Below, piece by piece: positions 21,641 to 30,910 of a stretch of 64,000 nt of DNA. Location of the stretch: positions 4,791-68,790 of the forward strand of contig JAQVCU010000005.1 in NCBI GenBank assembly GCA_028689635.1. Reading direction: 5' to 3'. This DNA comes from Oscillospiraceae bacterium. GTDB taxonomy: Bacteria > Bacillota > Clostridia > Oscillospirales > Ruminococcaceae. The translations under genes were made by a program, and so were the position numbers. The notes beneath the pieces are model-generated. The model was not told the DNA's origin and ran no database searches. It worked only from the letters and a program-made list of their open reading frames with translations. Each line of letters starts with the position of its first letter. Positions within the stretch are counted from its first letter, which is position 1.

Positions 21641-24600
21641 ATGGCAAGAAAAATGAAAACCATGGATGGCAACAACGCCGCGGCCTATGTGTCCTACGCG
21701 TTTACCGAAGTGGCGGGAATTTATCCCATCACCCCTTCCAGCCCCATGGCCGATTACGTTGATCAGTGGTCCGCTCAGGGCCAGAAAAACATCTTTGGCT
21801 CCACGGTCAAAGTTGTTGAGATGCAGTCCGAGGCCGGCGCCGCCGGTACGGTGCACGGCTCCCTGAACGCCGGCGCCCTGACCACCACCTACACCGCTTC
21901 CCAGGGCCTGCTGCTGATGATCCCCAACATGTACAAGATCGCGGGCGAATTGCTGCCCTGCGTGTTCCATGTGTCCGCCAGATGCGTGGCTTCCCACGCT
22001 CTGAACATCTTCGGCGACCACTCCGACGTGTACGCCTGCCGCCAGACCGGCTTTGCCATGCTGGCTGAGACCAACACCCAGGAGGTTATGGATCTGGGCG
22101 CTGTCGCCCACCTGGCTTCCATCGAGGGCCGCGTTCCCTTCATCAATTTCTTTGACGGCTTCCGTACCTCCCACGAGATCCAGAAAGTCGCCATTTGGGA
22201 TTATGAAGACCTGAAAGAAATGTGCGATATGGACGCCGTTGCGGAGTTCCGCCGCCGCGCCCTGAACCCCGAGCATCCCACCATGCGCGGTTCTCACGAG
22301 AACGGCGATATCTTCTTCCAGCATCGTGAAGCCAGCAACTCCTACTACGAAGCCGTTCCCGGCATCGTGGAGAAATACATGGGCAAAGTCAACGCCAAAC
22401 TTGGCACCGACTATAAGCTCTTCAACTACTATGGCGCCCCCGATGCGGATCGCGTCATCATCGCCATGGGCTCCATCTGCGACGTGGCTGAGGAAGTCAT
22501 CGACTACCTGGCTGCCAAGGGCGAAAAGGTCGGTCTGGTAAAGGTTCGCCTGTACCGCCCCTTCTCTGCCAAACATCTGCTGGACGCCATTCCCGCCAGC
22601 GCCAAGAAGATCGCCGTTCTGGATAGAACCAAAGAGCCCGGCGCCCTGGGCGAGCCCCTGTATCTGGATGTCATGACCGCTCTGGCCGAGGCCGGACGCT
22701 GCGCCACCGTCGTCGGCGGCCGCTATGGTCTGGGCTCCAAAGATACGCCTCCCTCCAGTGTGTTCGCCGTTTACAGCGAGCTGGCCAAGGCCGAGCCCAA
22801 GAAACGCTTCACCCTGGGCATCAACGACGATGTGACCCATCTGTCCCTGCCGGAGGAAGTTTCCCCCAACACCTCCGCGGAAGGCACCATCGAGTGCAAA
22901 TTCTGGGGCCTGGGCGGCGACGGCACCGTCGGCGCCAACAAAAACTCCATCAAGATCATCGGCGACCACACCGATAAATTCGTACAGGCCTACTTCCAGT
23001 ACGACTCTAAGAAGACCGGTGGTATCACCATTTCCCACCTGCGCTTCGGCGATAAGCCCATCAAGAGCCCGTACTACATCAACAAGGCCGACTTCGTGGC
23101 CTGCCACAACCCCTCTTACGTCACCAAGGGCTACAAGATGGTCCGCGACGTAAAACCCGGCGGCGTGTTCCTCATCAACTGCCAGTGGACCCCCGAGGAA
23201 CTGGATCATCATATGCCTGCTGACGCCAAGCGTTACATCGCGAAGAACAACATCCAGCTGTACACCATCAACGCCATTGATAAGGCCATCGAAATTGGTC
23301 TGGGCAAACGCACCAACACCATTCTCCAGTCCGCTTTCTTCGCTCTGGCCGGCGTACTGCCCAAAGAGGACGCCATCCAGTACATGAAGGATGCCGCCAC
23401 CAAGAGCTTCTCCAAGAAGGGCGAGGCCATCGTTAAGATGAACCACGACGCCATCGACGCCGGTTTCGACTTCTATCAGAAGATCGAGATCCCCGCTGCT
23501 TGGGCCGACGCCAAGGACGAATGTGCCTGCGGCGCTGAAGACGGCAACGGCAAGCTCATCAAGATGGTCGATTCCATCATGAAACCCGTTTCCAAAATGG
23601 ACGGTGACAGCCTGCCTGTATCCGCTTTTGTGGATCACGCCGACGGTACCTTTGAGCAGGGCGCTTCCGCCTTTGAAAAACGCGGCGTCGCCGTGATGGT
23701 TCCCGAGTGGGATCCCGAGAAGTGCATCCAGTGCAATCGCTGCGCCTATGTCTGCCCCCACGCCACCATCCGTCCCTACGCCATGAGCGAGGACGAGGTC
23801 AAGGCGGCTCCCGCGAACCTCAAGGGCGCCAAGATGACCGGCAAAGGCATGGAGAAATACACCTTCGTCATGGCCGTTTCCCCCATGGACTGCATGGGCT
23901 GCGGCGTCTGCGTCGGCGTATGCCCCGCCAAAGAAAAAGCCCTGGTCATGACCACCAGAGAGTCTCAGGAAGACAAACAGGCCATTTTCGATTACGCTGT
24001 GGCCAAGGTCTCCAAGAAAGACGATATGCCCGCTGTCGAGACCGTCAAGGGCAGCCAGTTCGAGCAGCCGCTGCTTGAATTCTCCGGCTCCTGCGCCGGC
24101 TGTGCCGAGACCTCTTACGCCCGCCTGATCACCCAGCTGTTCGGCGACAGGATGTATGTTTCCAACGCCACCGGCTGTTCTTCCATCTGGGGCGGCCCCG
24201 CCGCTACCTCCCCCTATACCGTTGATAAGAACGGACACGGTCCCGCTTGGGCCAACTCCCTGTTCGAGGACAACGCAGAGCACGGCTTCGGTATGTATCT
24301 GGGCCAGAAATCCCTGCGCAACGGCCTGATCGAGAAAGTCAAGGAGCTCGCCGGCGTTACCACCGTAGAGTCCAAGAAAGCCGCCTGCGAAGAGTATCTG
24401 GCGACGGTAGACGACGGCAAGAAGAACAAAGCCGCCACTGCCAAGCTGATTGCCGAGCTGGAGAAATCCCCCGAGTGCCCCTACAGCATCGAGCTGCTGG
24501 GCAAAAAAGAATACCTGGCGAAAAAATCCGTCTGGATCTTCGGCGGCGACGGCTGGGCCTATGATATCGGCTTCGGCGGCGTAGACCACGTGCTGGCTTC

Positions 24601-25183
24601 CGGTGAGGACGTCAATATTATGGTCTTTGATACCGAAGTATATTCCAACACCGGCGGTCAGGCTTCCAAAGCCTCCCAGATCGGCCAGGTCGCTCAGTTT
24701 GCTGCGGCTGGTAAAGCCATTGCCAAGAAGAGCCTGGCGGAGATCGCCATGAGCTACGGTTACATCTACGTAGCCCAGATCGCCATGGGCGCCGACATGA
24801 ACCAGACCATCAAAGCTCTGGCCGAGGCGGAGGCTTATCCGGGCCCGTCCCTGGTCATCGGCTACGCCCCCTGCGAGATGCACTCCATCAAGGGCGGTAT
24901 GGTCAACTGCCAGAGTGAGATGAAGAAGGCTGTGGATTGCGGCTACTGGAATATGTTCCGCTACAACCCCGCTGCCAAGGCCGAGGGCAAAAACCCCTTC
25001 ACCCTGGACAGCAAGGCTCCTACCACCAGCTACAAGGACTTCATCCTGGGCGAGGCTCGTTATTCCTCCCTCACCCGTTCCTTCCCCGAGAGAGCGGATA
25101 TGCTGTTCGACAAGGCCGAAAAGACCTCTGTGGAGCGCTACAACCATCTGCTCCGTCTGGCGAAGCTCTACGAAGCGGAATAA
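21641..25183 (+). CDS. nifJ: pyruvate:ferredoxin (flavodoxin) oxidoreductase
   Basis: 1180-aa single-chain PFOR starting MARKMKTMDGNNAAAYVSYAF. It has two ferredoxin CxxCxxCxxxCP motifs (CIQCNRCAYVCP, CMGCGVCVGVCP) and the TPP-binding GGDGWAYDIG block. Confidence 0.97.
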   Translation: MARKMKTMDGNNAAAYVSYAFTEVAGIYPITPSSPMADYVDQWSAQGQKNIFGSTVKVVEMQSEAGAAGTVHGSLNAGALTTTYTASQGLLLMIPNMYKIAGELLPCVFHVSARCVASHALNIFGDHSDVYACRQTGFAMLAETNTQEVMDLGAVAHLASIEGRVPFINFFDGFRTSHEIQKVAIWDYEDLKEMCDMDAVAEFRRRALNPEHPTMRGSHENGDIFFQHREASNSYYEAVPGIVEKYMGKVNAKLGTDYKLFNYYGAPDADRVIIAMGSICDVAEEVIDYLAAKGEKVGLVKVRLYRPFSAKHLLDAIPASAKKIAVLDRTKEPGALGEPLYLDVMTALAEAGRCATVVGGRYGLGSKDTPPSSVFAVYSELAKAEPKKRFTLGINDDVTHLSLPEEVSPNTSAEGTIECKFWGLGGDGTVGANKNSIKIIGDHTDKFVQAYFQYDSKKTGGITISHLRFGDKPIKSPYYINKADFVACHNPSYVTKGYKMVRDVKPGGVFLINCQWTPEELDHHMPADAKRYIAKNNIQLYTINAIDKAIEIGLGKRTNTILQSAFFALAGVLPKEDAIQYMKDAATKSFSKKGEAIVKMNHDAIDAGFDFYQKIEIPAAWADAKDECACGAEDGNGKLIKMVDSIMKPVSKMDGDSLPVSAFVDHADGTFEQGASAFEKRGVAVMVPEWDPEKCIQCNRCAYVCPHATIRPYAMSEDEVKAAPANLKGAKMTGKGMEKYTFVMAVSPMDCMGCGVCVGVCPAKEKALVMTTRESQEDKQAIFDYAVAKVSKKDDMPAVETVKGSQFEQPLLEFSGSCAGCAETSYARLITQLFGDRMYVSNATGCSSIWGGPAATSPYTVDKNGHGPAWANSLFEDNAEHGFGMYLGQKSLRNGLIEKVKELAGVTTVESKKAACEEYLATVDDGKKNKAATAKLIAELEKSPECPYSIELLGKKEYLAKKSVWIFGGDGWAYDIGFGGVDHVLASGEDVNIMVFDTEVYSNTGGQASKASQIGQVAQFAAAGKAIAKKSLAEIAMSYGYIYVAQIAMGADMNQTIKALAEAEAYPGPSLVIGYAPCEMHSIKGGMVNCQSEMKKAVDCGYWNMFRYNPAAKAEGKNPFTLDSKAPTTSYKDFILGEARYSSLTRSFPERADMLFDKAEKTSVERYNHLLRLAKLYEAE

Positions 25184-25206
25184 TCCCATCCCCAAAACAG
25201 ATAAAA

Positions 25207-25237
25207 ATACCGGCCCCTTTGGGGGCCGGTATTTTTT
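25207..25237 (+). terminator. rho-independent terminator after nifJ
   Basis: ATACCGGCCCC-TTTG-GGGGCCGGTAT followed by TTTTTT. Confidence 0.85.
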
Positions 25238-25389
25238 GCGCCCAAAATTGCCGGAGGGCGCGCTGGTCATAAGAGCCCAGATGTTGGAAACGGATTCCTG
25301 CGGTGCGTCCCGAAAGGCACGGCCCTTTGCCGCGGAGACAAAAAAACAAGGGGCTTTGGGCCCCTCGTTTTTTATCGCTTTTTGGCGCG

Positions 25390-26505
25390 TTATCCTTCCA
25401 AGATCCGCGCCAAAATACTGTTGGAGACTAGAAAGCCCCGGGGCGAAAAAAAGAGGCGATCCCCCTCCCGCCGCAGGTAACCGGCCTTTTGATAGGGCTC
25501 CGACCGGTCAAAGACCTTTTGAGCGGCGCCCCCAGGAAAGCGGGCCGCGGCGTCGGGGAGGACAAGGCCTTCGGTCAGGCGCAGGCGGAGCATGGCATAT
25601 TCCTCAAATTCCCCGCCGGGCCCCTCCGGCTCCCAGGCCATCTCCGGGCCGGAGAGCGCCAGAAAACCGGAAAGATCCCGGGGATAAAACCACCGGTTGC
25701 CCTCGATAAAAGAGTGGGCCCCAGGCCCCAGGCCCAGATATTCCCGGCAGTCCCAGTAGATAAGGTTGTGGCGGCTTTCCAGGCCGGGACGGGAAAAGTT
25801 GGAGATCTCATATTGCCGCCAACCGCGTTTTTCCAGCTCCTCTACGGCAAAAAGATACAATTCCGCCTGGCCGTCCTCATCGGGGCACAAAGCCTCCAGA
25901 TGCCGCAGGGCAAAGGGGGTGCCGGGCTCGATCTTAAGCAGATAGGCGGAAAGATGGGGAACGCCCAGGCCGGCGCAGTATTCAATGGAGCGCAGCAGGG
26001 AAGCCTTCGTCTGCCGGGGCAGCCCCAGCATCAGGTCGAGAGAGATGTTTTCGATCCCCGCGGCGCGGCACCAGGAGACGGCGTTTTCCACGTCTCGCAA
26101 CGTGTGCTGCCGCCCCAAAAAGGCCAGCTCCTCCGCGGCGGCGGACTGCAGCCCCAAAGAGACCCGGTTCACTCCGGCCCGGGCCAGGGCGCGCAGCTCC
26201 CCGGCGGTCACCGCCCCGGGGTTTGCCTCCAGAGTGATCTCCGCCCCGTCCAAAGGGAAAACCTCCCGGACGCAGGCAATGATTTTACAAAGCCGCGCGG
26301 CCCCCAGCAGGCTGGGGGTACCGCCGCCAAAATACAGGGTGGCGGCCCGGCGGGGATACAGAGCCGCCGCGGCCCGGATGCGGGCGCAAAGGGCGTCCGT
26401 GTACCGGTCCATGACGTCGTCCGCGCCGGGAAGGGAATAAAAATCGCAATAAGGGCATTTGGCCCGGCAAAACGGGATGTGCAGATAGACGCCGATGGGA
26501 TCCAA
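25390..26505 (-). CDS. hemW: radical SAM heme chaperone HemW (HemN-like, oxygen-independent coproporphyrinogen oxidase family)
   Basis: The ORF in the track (25390..26706) overlaps lepA. The more likely start is the TTG at 26505, 4 nt after GGAAGGAGGGGG, giving (M)DPIGVYLHIPFCRAKCPYCDFYS with the CxxxCxxC radical-SAM motif. It lies immediately downstream of lepA, as in Bacillus. Confidence 0.85.
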   Translation of the reverse strand: MDPIGVYLHIPFCRAKCPYCDFYSLPGADDVMDRYTDALCARIRAAAALYPRRAATLYFGGGTPSLLGAARLCKIIACVREVFPLDGAEITLEANPGAVTAGELRALARAGVNRVSLGLQSAAAEELAFLGRQHTLRDVENAVSWCRAAGIENISLDLMLGLPRQTKASLLRSIEYCAGLGVPHLSAYLLKIEPGTPFALRHLEALCPDEDGQAELYLFAVEELEKRGWRQYEISNFSRPGLESRHNLIYWDCREYLGLGPGAHSFIEGNRWFYPRDLSGFLALSGPEMAWEPEGPGGEFEEYAMLRLRLTEGLVLPDAAARFPGGAAQKVFDRSEPYQKAGYLRREGDRLFFSPRGFLVSNSILARILEG

Positions 26506-26570
26506 ACGGCCCCCTCCTTCCTTTATGGCAAAGGCGGCCGCCCGGGGGTTCCGGACGGCCGCGGATGATC

Positions 26571-28382
26571 TTATTCGTCCAGCTTGAGCACCGCCATAAA
26601 GGCCTCCTGAGGGACCTCCACCGAGCCCAGCTGACGCATGCGTTTTTTGCCTTCCTTCTGCTTTTCCAGCAGCTTTTTCTTTCGGGTGATATCGCCGCCG
26701 TAACACTTGGCCAGCACGTCCTTGCGCATGGCTTTTACCGTCTCCCGGGCGATGACTTTGCCGCCGATGGCCGCCTGGATGGGAACCTCAAAAAGCTGGC
26801 GCGGGATATGTTCCTTCAGCTTTTCCGCCATTTTTCTGGCGCGGGGATAGGCGCTGTCCGCGTGGACGATGAAGGAAAGGGCGTCTACCATCTCGCCGTT
26901 GAGCAGAATATCCAGCTTCACCAGTTTTGCGGGCTGATAACCCGTCAGCTCGTAGTCGTAGGAGGCGTAGCCCTTGGTGCGGGATTTGAGGGCGTCAAAA
27001 AAGTCGTAGACGATCTCGTTTAGGGGCAGGTCGTAGTGTACCTCCGCGCGGTCGCCGTCCAAATAGCGGGTGTCCTTATAGACGCCGCGGCGGTTTTGGC
27101 ATAGCTCCATAATGCTGCCGATGTACTGGGTGGGGGTAAAGATGCTCACCTTCACATGGGGCTCTTCCGCCGATTCGATCAGCCCCGGATCCGGGTAGTT
27201 GGTGGGGTTGTCGATGGTGAGATCCTGCCCGTCGGTGAGATGGATCTTGTATTCTACGCTGGGGGCCGTGGTGACCAGATCCAGGTTGTATTCTCGCTCC
27301 AGCCGCTCCTGGATGATCTCCAAATGCAGCAGGCCCAAAAAGCCGCAGCGAAAACCAAAGCCCAGGGCCACGGAGGTCTCCGGCTCAAAGGAGAGGGAGG
27401 CGTCGTTGAGCTGCAGCTTTTCCAGGGCGTCCCGCAGATCCGGATATTTTGCGCCGTCGGCGGGGTAAATGCCGCAGAACACCATGGGGACGGCTTTGCG
27501 GTAGCCGGGCAGAGGCTCGGCGGCGGGGTTCGCCGCCAGGGTAACGGTGTCGCCCACGGCGGTATCCCGCACGTTCTTGATGCTGGCGGTAAGGTAGCCC
27601 ACCTCGCCCGCCTGCAGCTCTCCGGTGGGTACCAGGCTTACCGCGCCCATGCAGCCCACCTCCACCAAGGTAAATTCGGCGCCGCTGGACATCATGCGGA
27701 TGGTATCCCCGGCTTTTACCGTCCCCTCCATCACGCGGATGTAGACGATGACGCCGCGGTAGCTGTCGTAGTAAGAATCGAAAATCAGGGCCTGCAAAGG
27801 CCTGTCCGGGTCGCCTTTGGGGGCGGAGATGTCGGTGACGATGCGCTCCAAAACCTCCTCCACGTTCTGCCCCGTTTTGGCGGAGATGCGAGGGGCGTCC
27901 AGGGCGGGGATGCCGATGTCGTCCTCGATCTCGGCGGCGACCCGCTCCGGGTCGGCGGCGGGCAGATCGATCTTGTTGATCACGGGGAGGATATCCAGGT
28001 CGTGCTCTAGGGCGAGGTAGGTGTTGGCCAGAGTCTGGGCTTCAATGCCCTGGGAGGCGTCCACCACCAGTACGGCGCCCTCGCAGGCCGCCAAAGAGCG
28101 GGAGACCTCATAGTTAAAGTCCACGTGTCCGGGGGTATCGATGAGGTTGAGTTCGTATTGGTTGCCGTCCTTGGCGCGGTAGAGAAGCTTTACCGCCCGG
28201 GCTTTGATGGTGATACCGCGCTCCCGCTCGATATCCATATTGTCTAACAGCTGCTCGGACATATCCCGCAGGGCAACGGTACTGGTCAGCTCCAGCATCC
28301 GGTCTGCCAGGGTGGATTTTCCGTGGTCGATATGGGCGATGATGGAAAAGTTGCGAATAAACTGCCGGGAGTTCTGGGACAT
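26571..28382 (-). CDS. lepA: translation elongation factor 4 (LepA)
   Basis: The ORF in the track is 26571..28436. The start is taken at the ATG at 28382 ([28 protein letters not shown]). GTPase motifs [14 protein letters not shown] and NKID are present, giving 603 aa. Confidence 0.97.
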   Translation of the reverse strand: MSQNSRQFIRNFSIIAHIDHGKSTLADRMLELTSTVALRDMSEQLLDNMDIERERGITIKARAVKLLYRAKDGNQYELNLIDTPGHVDFNYEVSRSLAACEGAVLVVDASQGIEAQTLANTYLALEHDLDILPVINKIDLPAADPERVAAEIEDDIGIPALDAPRISAKTGQNVEEVLERIVTDISAPKGDPDRPLQALIFDSYYDSYRGVIVYIRVMEGTVKAGDTIRMMSSGAEFTLVEVGCMGAVSLVPTGELQAGEVGYLTASIKNVRDTAVGDTVTLAANPAAEPLPGYRKAVPMVFCGIYPADGAKYPDLRDALEKLQLNDASLSFEPETSVALGFGFRCGFLGLLHLEIIQERLEREYNLDLVTTAPSVEYKIHLTDGQDLTIDNPTNYPDPGLIESAEEPHVKVSIFTPTQYIGSIMELCQNRRGVYKDTRYLDGDRAEVHYDLPLNEIVYDFFDALKSRTKGYASYDYELTGYQPAKLVKLDILLNGEMVDALSFIVHADSAYPRARKMAEKLKEHIPRQLFEVPIQAAIGGKVIARETVKAMRKDVLAKCYGGDITRKKKLLEKQKEGKKRMRQLGSVEVPQEAFMAVLKLDE

Positions 28383-28440
28383 GGAATCACCTCTATCAAA
28401 AATGGTTGAAGGCAAAAGAAAAGGATGAGGAACCAATAGA

Positions 28441-28635
28441 AAAGGCCCATAGCCGTCATGGAGCTGTCATCGCGGGCCGAAAAAGAGGGCCGCTGCCGCC
28501 CATAAAAACTGGGGATAATAACCGCACTGCGGTTTATGATAGCATGGGCGCGAAGCGCAAATGGTATCATTGGCCATGCCCATAGGGCGGCCATAAAAAT
28601 TGGGGATAATAACCGCACTGCGGTTATTATAGCAT
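28441..28635. repeat. composite palindromic intergenic repeat, copy 1 (two hairpin units)
   Basis: There are two units of CATA(A/G)..GGGGATAATAACCGCACTGCGGTTATTATAGCAT, with hairpins at 28515..28540 and 28606..28630. The linker is GCGCGAAGCGCAAATGGTATCATTGGCCATGCCCATAGGGCGGCCAT. It is near-identical in architecture to 44409..44573. Confidence 0.85.
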
Positions 28636-28670
28636 ACCCCAAAAGGCCTTTGCAACGGGCAGGAGGCCCG

Positions 28671-29384
28671 TCACACCACGCTGAACATGTTGTACAGCCG
28701 CAGCAGGCGGATATCCTCTTTGGATATTTTCAGGCGGCCGATGAGCTCGGCGTCCTCGGGCAGGCGGCCCCGGGCAAAAAGCATCTTGTTGGCCACGGGC
28801 ATCATGGGGCGGGAAGAGATGCCGCAAAAGAGGCCCCATTTGGTGTTTGCATCCAAGAAAGAGGCCAGAATGCTCATTTTGATCTGCTCCATGGGGGTGT
28901 CCTGGTTGGTCATGACGATGTTGGTGAGGGCGTCGTAGTGCTCGATATAGCCCCAATAGGTGTTTTCGCAGTCCTGATAATCATCAAAATCCTGAAAATT
29001 CATGTACATCATGGCTTTGTAGCGCCCCGGCTCCTCTTCGGAGAGCACATCAAAAACGCAGCGCATCAGCTGGTTGTTGCGCCCGTCAAACATGTAGGAA
29101 TAAAACTGGGAAAGGCCGCTGAAAAAGGCCGGGCTCTCCCCTGTGGAGGAGATGACCGCCCGACTTTGCCGGGTGCAGAGCAGCTGCTCCACATGGACAT
29201 GGCAGGCGTCGGCGATCTCATAAAGGGTGGCGACATCCACCGAAATCTCGCCGGTCTCGTATTTGGAGACCGTGGCCTTGCTTTTTGAAATTGCCTGGGC
29301 AAGCTGCACCAGGGTCATGTTCCGCTTTTTGCGGCAGCAGCGGATGTGCCTTCCGATTTCACGGCTGAGCTCCTGTCCGGACAT
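28671..29384 (-). CDS. XRE-family HTH transcriptional regulator with uncharacterised C-terminal domain
   Basis: The ORF in the track is 28671..29510. The likely start is the ATG at 29384 (MSGQELSREIGRHIRCCRKKRNMTLVQLAQAISKSKATVSKYETGE), after CAGGAGGTGG. Confidence 0.75.
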   Translation of the reverse strand: MSGQELSREIGRHIRCCRKKRNMTLVQLAQAISKSKATVSKYETGEISVDVATLYEIADACHVHVEQLLCTRQSRAVISSTGESPAFFSGLSQFYSYMFDGRNNQLMRCVFDVLSEEEPGRYKAMMYMNFQDFDDYQDCENTYWGYIEHYDALTNIVMTNQDTPMEQIKMSILASFLDANTKWGLFCGISSRPMMPVANKMLFARGRLPEDAELIGRLKISKEDIRLLRLYNMFSVV

Positions 29385-29479
29385 GGCCGCCACCTCCTGA
29401 AGTTTCCTAAAAATTGACAAACCCCTGAAAAAAAGGCCCTTCCGGGGCGGTCTGCTCTCAGCATAGCACAAACGGGGAG

Positions 29480-29504
29480 AAAATTCTACTGTAAATAGAA
29501 TTTT
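29480..29504. promoter_or_regulatory. candidate operator palindrome between the XRE regulator and the patB-like gene
   Basis: AAAATTCTA-CTGTAAA-TAGAATTTT is a perfect 9-bp inverted repeat. The half-site motif TTCTACTGTAA recurs at 29515..29525. Confidence 0.4.
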
Positions 29505-29620
29505 ATTCATCCGGTTCTACTGTAAGGAAACCAGGCCGGTTTGCGGGGACAGGCCGCCCCGGGGTACAATAAGACACAGAGAAGCCGCAGGACAGCGGAA
29601 AACAAGGAGGACCACAAAAA

Positions 29621-30856
29621 ATGACCTATCATTTTGACGAGACCATCGACCGCCGGAACACCGGCGCCATGAACACCGACGGTTTTCGGGGATATATTTT
29701 TCATGCGGGCCCGGAGATGCAGTTCCCCTACGCCGACGAGGATTTTGTCCGCATGTGGGTGGCGGATATGGAATTTGCCACGGCGCCGGAGATCCGCCAG
29801 GCGATCAAAGACCGCGTGGAGAGACAGATATTCGGCTATACCATGGTGTTTGGAGACGAATACCACCGGGCGTTTTCCTCCTGGTGCCGCAGCCGTTATG
29901 GTTGGGAGTTCCCCCAGGAAGAGTTGACCTTCTCCCCCGGCATCATCCCCGCGCTGTACGAGCTGGTGGGCGATTTGACCGCGCCGGATGAAAAGGTGCT
30001 GGTCAATACGCCGGCTTACGGGTTCTTCCAGCACGCGGCGGAGTTTAACCATCGGGAACTGGTCTGTTCCCCGCTGAAAAAAGTAGGCGGCGTTTTTGAA
30101 GTGGATTATGAGGATATGGAGCGCAAGGCGTCGGATCCCAAGGTAAAGCTGATGATCTGGTGCAACCCCCACAACCCCACCGGGCGCATGTGGACGGCGG
30201 AGGAGACCCGCCGGGTGGGCGATATCGCCCGCCGCCACGGCCTTTGGATCCTTTCGGACGAGATCCACTGCGACCTGATCCGCCAGGGAAAAAGGCATAT
30301 CCCCACGGCAAAGGTCCTGCCGGATTATCAGAAGCTTGTCACCTGCATGTCCGCCAGCAAGGCCTTTAATATGGCCGGGCTCATGTTTTCCAATGTCATC
30401 GTGCGGGATCCGGCCCTGCGCGAGACCATCAAAGAGCACGACAAGCTGCTGGGCTTTGTGAACCCCCTCTCCCTGGCCGCCATGCAGGCTGCCTATGAGC
30501 GGGGCGGGGAATGGCTGGATCAGCTGAAAACCTATCTGGACGGAAACTTCCAGTTTGTAAAGGATTTTTTGCGCAGGGAAATGCCCCAGGCGGCGTTCCA
30601 GATCCCCGAAGCCACCTATTTGGCCTGGGTGGATCTGAGCCGCTGTCTGCCTGGGCTGGCGGATCTTCCCGCCTTTTTCGCCAATGAGGCCGGCGTGTTG
30701 CTGGAGGGCGGGGACGGCCTTTTTGTCGGGAACGCAGAGGGTTTTGTCCGCCTGAACCTCGCCATGCCCCGCGCGGTTATCCAAAAGGGGCTGGAGCGCA
30801 TGGCTGCGGCGGTCAGCCGGTATCAAAGCGCCAACTGCCTGGCCCAGGTGGGCTGA
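29621..30856 (+). CDS. MalY/PatB-family PLP-dependent C-S lyase (cystathionine beta-lyase-like aminotransferase class I/II)
   Basis: 411-aa ORF starting MTYHFDETIDRRNTGAMNTDGF, a typical PatB/MalY N-terminus. It also shows CNPHNPTGRMW and the SASKAFNMAG PLP-lysine motif. Confidence 0.85.
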   Translation: MTYHFDETIDRRNTGAMNTDGFRGYIFHAGPEMQFPYADEDFVRMWVADMEFATAPEIRQAIKDRVERQIFGYTMVFGDEYHRAFSSWCRSRYGWEFPQEELTFSPGIIPALYELVGDLTAPDEKVLVNTPAYGFFQHAAEFNHRELVCSPLKKVGGVFEVDYEDMERKASDPKVKLMIWCNPHNPTGRMWTAEETRRVGDIARRHGLWILSDEIHCDLIRQGKRHIPTAKVLPDYQKLVTCMSASKAFNMAGLMFSNVIVRDPALRETIKEHDKLLGFVNPLSLAAMQAAYERGGEWLDQLKTYLDGNFQFVKDFLRREMPQAAFQIPEATYLAWVDLSRCLPGLADLPAFFANEAGVLLEGGDGLFVGNAEGFVRLNLAMPRAVIQKGLERMAAAVSRYQSANCLAQVG

Positions 30857-30872
30857 AAAACAGGATAAAAAG

Positions 30873-30908
30873 AGATCCGCTTCCCCAAAGGGGAGCGGAT
30901 CTTTTTTT
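30873..30908. terminator. bidirectional rho-independent terminator
   Basis: AAAAAGAGATCCGCTTCCCC-AAA-GGGGAGCGGATCTTTTTTT lies between the convergent patB-like and lipoprotein genes. Confidence 0.8.
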
Positions 30909-30910
30909 GT

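Noticed and set aside
26506-26706. The N-terminal 67-aa extension of the hemW ORF as listed in the track (start at 26706), which overlaps the 3' end of lepA by 136 nt.
   Set aside because: The extension is Gly/Ala/Arg-rich with no homology features. A TTG with a strong GGAAGGAGG RBS sits right before the conserved radical-SAM N-terminus, at 26505.
28286-28655. Small ORFs over the intergenic repeat (28286..28642, 28467..28655 and 44389..44772) that share the peptide MAALWAWP(M/I)IPFALRA.
   Set aside because: The shared peptide arises from the same DNA repeat at two loci. The frames run through perfect DNA hairpins, lack an RBS and are interrupted differently at each locus. They are interpreted as a non-coding repeat.
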